A DNA stretch of 33,000 nt from Dicyema japonicum (Eukaryota; Animalia; Dicyemida). A program made the position numbers and the translations under genes. Positions 22,037 through 31,739 of this stretch are shown in pieces. The stretch spans positions 623,182 through 656,181 of the forward strand of contig RDEW01000001.1 of the NCBI GenBank assembly GCA_011109175.1. The letters are read 5' to 3'. The notes beneath the pieces were generated by a model. The model was not told the origin of the DNA and made no database searches. It was given only the letters and a program-made list of their open reading frames with translations. Position 1 is the first letter of the stretch, and each line of letters starts with the position of its first letter.

Positions 22037-22167
22037 ACTAGGAATAGTCGCCACAGACACCACAGAAAACATCAAATAGAATCCTCTCCTTGGAATTTTC
22101 AGTGGAATTGTTAGGGTTCTCGTTCATGATGATTAGATCATTAACTTGTGTTGCCATACTAGGAATA
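21921..22167. repeat. Tandem duplication, 121-bp period, of the first NR2E exon
   Basis: Copies differ at two adjacent bases (GG vs AA). Confidence 0.9.
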
Positions 22168-23289
22168 AGGAAAAACAAAAATATAAAAATATGAATATTA
22201 CACGAGCGATAACGGCGTATAATAAATGTGAGGGGACTTTTAAAGTAATGTCAAACGTCGGAAGCATTTTAAACCGACTGTTTGGACGTTAAATATGGAA
22301 TAATTGTTAACAACATGACAAGCATTGACATCAGAAAAGCACCTGACATTTGAGAATGCACAATTATACGCCCAGCTGTCCTCTCTGGCACTACAACTAC
22401 CACTCATTTCAAATTAGAGGATAAATACCATACATTTTCATGAATTATGCCGAAACTGTGTTTTTAAAGTTTTAGAAAAATTCAATATTTTTAAATACTC
22501 AAAAGTGTAGCAAAATCGTGTAGAACTTAGTAAAATAAGCAAAATCGATGGTAAAATATAATTTAAAAATCAAAGCAAATAATTGAAAAACTGTGATAAT
22601 TAATACTTATTTCCACTTTTAATCAAAAATTCGTGATGATTAGTACCACAACGTATGAGATACGTGTCTGAGTATCCAAACTGACCTGATGCAATTATCC
22701 TGTCTACTACACAATAATTCTGATCCTAATTTAAGATAACATTGTGTTGTTGACATTCAACATCAAATTCCTGTAAGGATAATCACCATTAATTATCAAA
22801 CAATGTAATCTTCAAGATGACGTGTGTATTATTCTTGTTCCATTTCAGTCCACCATTTATTTGGGTCAAGCAAGTGTCCTTTCTACTTACTCAAAAGGTA
22901 CTTGTATTTTATTGGCATTTCATTTAATCGTATTCACTGTTTATTCAACATTATGCGCATTATTACATTTAAATTTCATGAGTTTTATTTGTTATTACTG
23001 ATTTACATGCTAACCAAATTACACAGAAATATTATCATTTAGGCATAGGGGGAAGCTGTCGATCTTAGAAGATCCACTCCCTTTTGGTTCTCTCACTTGT
23101 TGAATAGAAGTCTCAGAGCAATGAAGGCACGACTGAATTTGTTATTAATAATATTTAATAACCATTCGTGAAAAATAACAATATATCTCACTTTAATAGT
23201 AAATAACACTGAATTAGAAGTCTGGGTTGGCTCAGAGCGCTCTCGCAAAGTTAAAACGCATATTGGACTCCACAAGGTGATCACCAATT

Positions 23290-23860
23290 CTTTGTTATTT
23301 GGAAACTGCTCTTGGTGATATGAAAGCTAAAATGGGTCCTACCTCTATCTTGGAATTAATATATGCGGATGACTTGGTTTTTTTTCGTGGGACATCAATA
23401 GTATCAGGATTGTTCTTAATCATACTCCTGGAGTATTTGGAGAGTGGTTCATTAAATGAATGGACAAAAACCGAGTTCACTACAGTCAAGTGAGAAAGCA
23501 AAGTTACAGAGATATTGAGAGGAGCAAAAAAGTCTAGTTATTTCTCGGAGACCTGGAAGATGATGTCACCAATGGTACTGAAGAGACTAAACTCGACATG
23601 GCTGAGATAAATGCATGTCTTATTGGACACATATTACAATGAATCCTACCTGCTATCGATATTATGGAATCCTCTGCTCACGGGCTTTTAGAAGGAAGAC
23701 AAGTTTACTATCAATAATGAAAATCGATCCAAAACATACTAAAATGGCATTAAAAGACGAAGATGATATAGACTAAGCTCGCTTGCAAAAGAACGCGCAA
23801 AAGATTGTCATACTGTCGACGACATTGGGACGGACCGGGTCATTAAAATGAAACCACCAG
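23290..23860 (+). mobile_element. Decayed RTE-like reverse transcriptase fragment
   Basis: ILELIYADDLVFF followed by KTEFT; downstream is disrupted by stops and frameshifts. Boundaries approximate. Confidence 0.65.
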
Positions 23861-24369
23861 AGAAAAGCAGTGGATTTCTGTAAATGACGTCAAATTGACA
23901 GGTCGTGGTTATGAGCGTTCTACGTGGTCAGATAACATTAATATGCTTAAACTTTACAATTGCTCTTATATACGAACGTTCCTAGAACAACAATACTGCC
24001 CTACAAGGTTCGTGCTTCTACGTGTTTCATTTATTAGTGATACTTGCAATTTGAACAGATTTCAAGCAACAATAAATGATGGAATCGGTTACTATATTGT
24101 ATTTATAAAGCACTGCACAAACTGACCACATTTAGAATGGCATCTTCAGCTAAGAAGAAAAAGATACTTGCAGAAATGCAGTCTGATTATATACTCAGGG
24201 TACATACCTAAAAGTGGGGATATCTGACTTGTGAGAAAAGTCTATAAATTTCAAAGTTTTCAACAAGGATTATTTAATTAAATTACTACCCCCGGATACA
24301 CCGAGAAAGAAGATAACAGTAAACCACTAATGAGTGTAAACAGAGTCAGAACCAGCATAAGAGGTAAAA

Positions 24370-24533
24370 GACGTCCATTCTTTGCAGTTGTGGAAACCCA
24401 TCAATAGAGTGGGGGAGAGCAAATTATCCTGTTTCATGCCAGCCTAGTACTGGGCACCACCTAAGACAGGTGGATCTCATGACGACACTCTAGTAGGAAG
24501 GTGAAGCGGAGGAACAAACAGAAAACTTCAACC
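24370..24533 (+). repeat. Structured dispersed repeat related to 9585-9737
   Basis: Shared sequence blocks plus nested inverted repeats TAGAGTG/CACTCTA, TCATG/CATGA and CCACCT/AGGTGG. Confidence 0.55.
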
Positions 24534-25494
24534 AATTAACCACGTAGCATCACATGGTGCCACGCGGCGATTTAAAATCTCCCACAAGGATTATGGCAAT
24601 GTTCAATTCCACCTATGTGTGTACATTCAGATATACGAAAAATTGTCACGAAAAAGAGGCACATAAGGACAATGACTAAAGAGTGATAATGATAATTTTG
24701 AAAATGACTGTTGTAGAGTGTAATATGACGTTGTAGTAAGCTTGCAAATTATTTCACTTAATAATATTACAGTGTTTTTCAGATTTGTTAGTGTGGCCCG
24801 CTTGTATACTCAAATTATCTTATGCACATCCTGGAGCTTGTGAATTTGACTGTCTAATCTAATAGACAGCATCCGAACACTCGTATTCTCGAGAAGAGTG
24901 TGGAAAAGTTTAATAGACTGATACACAAAGGGAAGAATATAACTTTATTGCTAATTTAAACTATAAACTGTATTATTTATACTTCAGTACCCACACAGGA
25001 TCAGCCTTTTGGATCTCTGGGAACGTCCGTCATTGGTACTTACGGCTTCCTTCATTTGAAAGGACCGAGGTAAACAAACAGGAAATCACTACACACTCTC
25101 ATACGCAAATATCAGTGATGCGGAAGAATTGAGAGTAACATTGCTCCTTGAGTACGAATGATTCTATGTTGATCCTTATTATAAGACATCACAGTTTTGT
25201 GAAAGTATATAAGAAACCCAAGAGAACCAGTGACGAGACAATGACTCTTCCATAACTAGAGGGATAACTCTGGAACTAATATAAGTAAAATCAGGTAGAA
25301 TAAAAACTTTAATGATATACAATCAGATAAAAGTTGTCATCAATCATTCAAAGGATTGACAGAAATCATCATTTTGTATATCATTAGAGATAATGTACAA
25401 CAACAAAACACGTGGAAAATAAGAATTGTTTAAATTATAAATATATATAAATAAAATATATTATTTGACACAATTAATATTTAAGATAATGCAC

Positions 25495-25812
25495 TGACGC
25501 CCGGTGGAGACTGTTTGGTCACGTACTACGCATGGATCTTGCTGCCCCGGCTAATGTGGCGATGGAGGACCATTTCATGTTCGAGGGCAAATGCTTCCGT
25601 GGCAGACCAAGGATGACCCTACCTATCATGCTGCACAAAGACCTCCAAAGGATGAAGAAATGCCTAAAGACGGGAGACGATCTGGACATGCTGAGATCGA
25701 CTGCGTGTAACCGTGGAGGATGGAAGAGGCTAACTAATAACATTGTTTCTTTATTGCACATGCTTTGCTATAACTATTATGGCAAGGCGATAAGTGCTGT
25801 AATAATAATAAA
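25495..25812 (+). mobile_element. 3' end of RTE-clade retrotransposon with terminal hairpin and (TAA)n tail
   Basis: RWRLFGHVLRMDLAAPAN...FRGRPRMTLP...ACNRGGWKRL, then AGTGCTGTAATAATAATA. Confidence 0.85.
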
Positions 25813-26089
25813 TGCTAATACCACGGCTCTGTGAAAAAGGCTATTATTATTATTAAATTATTATTAAATGCTAGAGATTACAGACTTTATTGACAGTCTA
25901 CATACACAGTTGGTCTTGTGCTGAAACGTTAAATATACTAAGAGTTCAGGTTCGAAATCCGATGTTCAACATTGTCTCATTTTCTTCTTTGGGTAATAAA
26001 ATTAAAAAGGGAAGAAAGTGAGCAACGGAAGTACTCGACTGAATGATCTAATTGCAATACACATATAATACAGTATATGGCGTGAGTAA

Positions 26090-26620
26090 AGAAAATGGTA
26101 TTCGCCTTAACAGAAAGTTGGGGACTCATATGGTACGACCTTTAGTAGAGAACACCAGAGTCCAAATTAAGTCAAGCACAATAAACCGAACATTGTGGTA
26201 CACGATAAGGAGTCAAGTCCTTATCATAGAGGTTGGCATTACATCTCAAGACCTTTTTAAGACTGTGGAGGTGGAGAAAAAAATGAAATATGATTTGCTT
26301 GCAAACGAGATGGGGCAGATTCTTGGTTGCAAGGTCCTCGTTACTCCAATAGTAATGACGTGGGAAAGAATTGCATCAAAGTACCACAAGGGCTATCCGA
26401 AACAGTTAGGGATAGATATGAAACTACAGGCCTATCTACAGTCCACTGTATTAAAGCGGACCCTAGAGAGCCTAGTGGAGTAGGAGGCAGAGCCCAGAGA
26501 TGCCGTATGGGCAAAGGGTTCAATTGGACAAGGAGCTCTAGGTGGTGTTTCAGCAACCAGAATCGAACCTGCCTGAGAAGACTGGTGAATAGGCAAGCGA
26601 GGAAGGTTGTTGATTATTAA
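26090..26620 (+). mobile_element. Restriction-like endonuclease (RLE) C-terminus of a site-specific-type (R4/NeSL-like) non-LTR retrotransposon
   Basis: IIEVGITSQDLFKTVEVEKKMKYDLLANEMG...TPIVMTWERI fits the RLE E...K..KY..L motif. The PD region is damaged. Confidence 0.8.
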
Positions 26621-26936
26621 ATATTAACTTTAATTGTTTGTTAAATAAAGTAAACAAATTAAAAAATACTCATTAGTAAAATATTGTTTTCGTATTGTTG
26701 TACGACCTTACACAGATTATTCATTTTCAAATCTACACAATTAATACATAAAATAACAGGTTATGTCGTTTAACTTACTCCGAAAGAGCTCTACCAACTA
26801 ACTTATTTTAAATGTGAAATTAACAAATGTGGGTTAATGTTAATATTATTCCTCACCCCTCGATAGCTATTGACTTTGCATAAGGAATCCTATAAAGAAA
26901 TACGCAATGTTATTTAAACAAACTAATTAATATTTT

Positions 26937-28161
26937 TTAATTATTAGGTTTAATTAGAATGAAAAATATTCTCGCTTTGTAATTCCGTAAATTTGAGATG
27001 GAATACCAATTTTCTAAAATACATGGACTATAATACTTGGTGGAACTACAAAGTAATCCCCAATTTTTAGTTTACGAATGGGGGAGTTGTTTAAAGAAAC
27101 ACCAACAAATCCACTGTGAACCGTAAGAATCTTTAAACTTATCATAATTCGAGTACCGTTTTGGAATCGTTGACATAAACTAAGGGTTTTTTGCTGTTTG
27201 GTTTGATAACCAACTCTCCACACTGTAAAATTTCCTGAGAATCAGTGTTGGCCAGAAATTGTTCGAATCTCGTTTCACATCGATAATCGCCGTAATCATA
27301 AACTGTGGCGTTGGCTAATCCAATGCATTCTGCGATTATCGTAAGTAAAACTGTTTTTAGTATTTTCATCACTGCAAATCGTAAAATCCGTTCTAACATT
27401 TCGGCAATTAGATTTTTTATTTTTTCTTGGCGGGTTCACTACTGTATTTCTAATGATTCCTTTGATTTTGGTCCCTGAATTATATTTGAAATCAACCTTC
27501 CTTGTTGAATACGATCTTCTCCCCGATGTAACCGTCACGGCCAGATATTCTAATTCTCGAAGATCTTCTTAGACTTGAGGGGGCTGAGTTTGGAACGACT
27601 AAACTGATTATTTTAGTATTACTGATTTTTCCTTGGATGTTCGGGTGGCTGTATATTTTTGCATTCTCAATCGGATCCTCTGTGCATGAAATAATGACTT
27701 AAATAAATACAAGCGATTACGATTGTCCTCATCATTCACAAAAGACTTTGATTTACTTGAAAATCTCCCATTTCGAGGACCCATGTTTGGGATCAATGAT
27801 TCATCAATAACTGAAAATTGGAGTTTTTCGATATTCTGATTCTCTTCTAAATTACCTGCCATAATAAAAATAGATGAACTGATTGGTTCTGATGAAGGAG
27901 TTCCCGACAAGGAAGAGGAATTATTCTGAGATCCTCCATAAATTGGATTATTGAATATATTCTCATTTTGGATGTTTTTCAGAATTTGAGCATTTTCATG
28001 ACGTATATTTTGTATTTCATAGTTTGGAATGGTCTAAAAGTGACTATAATGATTACATTTAATATTAAGTTATTCAAATGTTTGTATTGTACGTAAATAT
28101 TCTCCCATATCAGATCGAAATCATTTGATATAAAGTCGTGAATAGTCTGAGGTCCTTCCAT
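26937..28161 (-). CDS. CENPC: Centromere protein C (CENP-C/Mif2), about 353 aa; introns 28034-28056, 27698-27720, 27599-27622, 27475-27496, 27330-27351, 27131-27156, 27014-27036
   Basis: CENP-C motif-like LRRSSRIRISGRDGYIGEKIVF (27507-27572), then a C-terminal cupin: CGELVIKPNSKKPLVYV...VHSGFVGVSL...LKIGDYFVVPPKNWYSISNLRNYKARIFFILIK. Recalled vertebrate equivalent: GDSFYVPSGNYYNIKNLRN...LLFTQIK. Spliced length 1062 nt, in frame. Confidence 0.85.
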
Positions 28162-28574
28162 TTATAAAATTAAGTTATCTGTGTTTTATACATTTTAATT
28201 GACATATTTGGAAACTTTTGATTTTCGCTAACATCTTACCTCAAATCATATTTAGGTTCCTTCCTGACTGGGTAATTCTTGGCAAATTTACAATAAACTA
28301 TTATGTTTGGGAGACAATCATAGAAATTGTTCCTGATAAACCATTGTAAGATTCTCCTTCTCCGCATTCTCAAGAGAGTGGTTATTATTAATATTACAAG
28401 AACTTGAAGTGATAGCCACTAATATTCCCCTTCTACTGTCCTGTCTTTAAACCGACCTTTCTGAGTAGCTCCTGTTGTTTTGCCCTTTCTTACAGAGAGT
28501 TTCTATATCAGAGGTTTTCAGAAAATAATCCACGGCACACATTAAAAAATAAAAAAAATATGAACGTGAATTCA

Positions 28575-28640
28575 ATACACAGAGTATAATTTCTTATTTG
28601 AAATTTTCTTGGGCTAACCTAGGCCCACGAGGACACGTGT
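28575..28640 (-). mobile_element. Small RTE fragment
   Basis: Similar to 31445-31492; encodes RVLVGLG*PKKISNKKLYSV. Confidence 0.5.
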
Positions 28641-29262
28641 TTCCTAACAAATGGTGATAAAATTGAGGCCACTACAGTCGCTCTTCTACGAGACATTAAA
28701 TCATCTAAGAACTCTCTCGACGCCTCCGTTCTTCTGATTAAACGGAAGCTTGCCACTCAAAAGCAAGTCTTAAACTAACATGTAGTAAAGTGAGATATTT
28801 TTCTTGACACGTGGAGCAGCTTTTTAAACGTGTGTGTCAAAGGAGACTGATTTGACGACTGCTATCGTCCGGGTGAGCCAATAGGTTATTATGAGGTATA
28901 ACTCGGACTGGCCCCACAAGATGTGAAGAACATCTTAAGGACTCACACGACTGCGACAACTACCAAGATGTTGTATAAGCTGTCCCAGAAGGAGTTTAAA
29001 CCTATGAAGTATTTTTTGATCGACCGTGTTTTAAGCGAGGAAATATCGTCTAAAGAGGATGCTCAAAGAGATGTGAACAATTTGAAAAAAAATTCTACAC
29101 GAAAATTTCACACAATGAACACAAGAAGTCAAATAAAATATATCACGCAGAAAAATGAAGAAAGTGTAAATCCCCTCTTCTTTCATGAGAGCTATGTTAC
29201 ACTACATTCCGCAAACACCACACTCTCACGGTTATTCTATTAAAAATCTTTCATACCCCATG

Positions 29263-29275
29263 TTGGGAAACACTG
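29263..29275. mobile_element. Solo hAT (Buster/Charlie-like) right TIR TTGGGAAACACTG
   Basis: Reverse complement CAGTGTTTCCCAA resembles Charlie/Buster termini. The next 8 nt (GTGTATAG) have the central TA typical of their target sites. No paired left end found. Confidence 0.35.
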
Positions 29276-29590
29276 GTGTATAGGATTGTCCTAAAAGTTG
29301 GTTTCATCACCAGACGAATTAAATTGAGACTGAAAACTCTACTAAATTAAGTTGGCATAAATTAAAAAAAATCTTATTAAATAGAGCAGCGATTTTCTTC
29401 GTATTATCAAGAATGTTCGTCGAAAAATTTAACAGATCGCTAAAGACACTGTGGTTTGAAACTTGGACCAAATTGATAAATCCTCAGATTGAGATGTTTT
29501 TATGTTAAAAGTGAAATTATGAGTGACAAAATAATTATTAAAACCATTTAATCCCTTAAAAACGAAAAGTTAACTAATCAAACGATCAAA

Positions 29591-30759
29591 TTATTCGATT
29601 ATAGGATAAACTGGACCGAAAGGAAATCCACAGTTATATTTCCCACGTGACAGTTTGAAGTATCCTTGTATTCCCCATGCTTTTCCCCATCCATTTTTGA
29701 TAAGCCAATACTTTTCACCTTTCATAATTCCATAACCAACAACAGAAATTACATGATTATAGTTCAAGTTATAACAATTCCTGATATGGTATACTCCTAA
29801 AACGTTTCATTTATATTTACCTCGGAGATAAGTTTGCATGCTTACAAAAGACCCATCAACTCGAACAGTAATAGGACCAACATTAATGAGATAGCGCATA
29901 AGCATTTCTTCGTCACCATCATCAAGTCTTTTATAATCAGTCAATTTAAGTTTAATATTTGGTTTACCATCATATTTACATTTACCCTCCTATAGAGTTA
30001 TCGATAGAGATATTACCTTAGCCACATATGGATATCGTTTTTCAGAATTAATTCCTCCGTTATTTTTAATGTAATCATAAACATCTTCGACAGATCCACC
30101 TCTGCATCCATGATCTAGACAATCTACCATGTTTTGTTCACTCATAGATATCAGAATATTGTGTTTGATTGCAAAATGTGACTCCAACGTAGCCAACTAA
30201 ATATATTAAACATTTGTTAACTGCTCCAAATGCATAGCAAGACCCACAAAAACCTCCTTGCATTTTTATATCAGTTACACAGTTTCGTTTTACCCAACTA
30301 AATGATTTGGGATATTTTGCTTTATTTGCATACATATTATAATCTTCTAATAATTCATCTGTGTTTGTTTGATTAGAATAAGAATTAAACTTGAATTTGT
30401 TTGGTTTTCTAAATTCCCTTCTTGTCTACAAAAATATATTGTAATTAAACCAGGTCAGCGAACTGATTAATTCCCAATTCATACAAAAATCTTCCTTGAT
30501 TAAAAAGTATATTGTGGTTGTCAATGAAGATTAAGTTTTCAGTAAAAATAGCCTTTCTAACCTGTAGTTCTAAGCCAGAATATGATCTATCTTAAAATAA
30601 GTAAAAATAAATTTAACTATATTTTTCAATGAAATTATTCCATTGGATTTCATAATATTCATCGTCTTTAAGTGAATAATTGATTGATTCGTATTTGAAA
30701 TGAATTTTAGATGAATTAAAGTTATTCAAAAATATAACAAGGAAAATTATGTTGATCAT
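29591..30759 (-). CDS. Cathepsin L-like papain-family (C1A) cysteine protease with I29 propeptide; introns 30591-30617, 30426-30450, 30197-30221, 29990-30016, 29797-29820
   Basis: Hydrophobic N-terminus, ERFNIN (ELQVRKAIFTENLIFIDNHN), GINQFAD, catalytic QGGFCGSCYAF, SEQNMVDC..HGCRGG, NHVISVVGYG and YWLIKNGWG. Confidence 0.95.
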
Positions 30760-30999
30760 TTTAATTAATTCTGTCTATTTTTTATTTAAATAATTTTAAA
30801 AAATATATATATTTTTTTTTCATTAAAAAAATATATATTTTTGTTTTTTATGAGTTTATCCAGATAAAATTGATAATCGCATTATCTTCGCTAGATGGTC
30901 TTTCTTTGATCTTTTACCAGCTCTTTGGGTTCGGGTTCTGTTCTGGTCACGTTGGATTAGGTCTTCTCTGTTATTAGTGGTAACTTAGGTTACTAAAAA

Positions 31000-31520
31000 T
31001 AGGAACTAGCTTGAAGACAGATAGAATATTCCCAAGGAAGACTTGTCTTCATTGTTCTCCATCTCCCTCTGCTTTACGCATCTGTCCGTAGATCTTCTAG
31101 GTCACTGCAGATTAAAGTTTCTTCCAATTCCGTTAATATCCTTGTTTAGAGCCACAGAGAGGGTGACTCTAGGCCTTCCTCTGAATGATGGTTTGTTCTC
31201 ATTGTTAAACTAATTGTCCATTATTATATTTGCAGGGGCGTTTATGTCCATTCTAGTTAATATCCTTGTTTAGAGCCACAGAGAGGGTGACTCTAGGCTT
31301 TCCTCTGAACGATGGTTTGCTCTCATTGTTAAACTAATTGTCCATTATTATATTTGCAGGGGCGTTTATGTCCATTCTAAGCACGTGCCTAAACAGTTTC
31401 TATCTTGATTCAATAATGTCAATCATTTTTGCCTCTCTTGTGCCACAGAGTATAATTACTTATTTGAAATCTTCTTAGGGAAGCCTAGCCCTATTAAATT
31501 TCGTAATTGTTTTCGATGAA
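31000..31520 (-). mobile_element. Decayed RTE-clade retrotransposon C-terminal fragment
   Basis: GLGFPKKISNK...KLFRHVLRMDINAPAN...SFRGRPRVTLSVALNKD, homologous to 25495-25812. Confidence 0.8.
31132..31379. repeat. Tandem duplication, 124-bp period
   Basis: Copies differ by three substitutions. Confidence 0.9.
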
Positions 31521-31739
31521 ATATATCCATTTTTTTGGGCTCTAGCTCTGTGACTTCCCATGTACCCGAGTTTACATAAGCACAGGTTTTATATATGAGT
31601 CTTATTTTTAGATTTGTTTTTATTAGTTTTCGTCGACTTCATATCTTCTGCATTTTCTTATACTCGGCAGTGGCTAGAACTAAGTGTAATGGGAGGACTT
31701 TTCCTTTGGCATTTAATTTCTGTTCAACCATTAATGAAA

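Noticed and set aside
28923-29243. 106-aa ORF from the track
   Set aside because: No ATG at the annotated start, no recognisable homology, and it lies among TE debris.
24770-29275. CAGTGTTTTTCA (24770) and TTGGGAAACACTG (29263) as ends of one hAT element capturing CENP-C
   Set aside because: Imperfect TIR match and flanking 8-mers differ (TAATATTA vs GTGTATAG), so there is no TSD.
1502-30759. Stop-codon reassignment as the explanation for fragmented ORFs
   Set aside because: Stops fall inside removable micro-introns, and genes end normally in TAA or TGA under the standard code.
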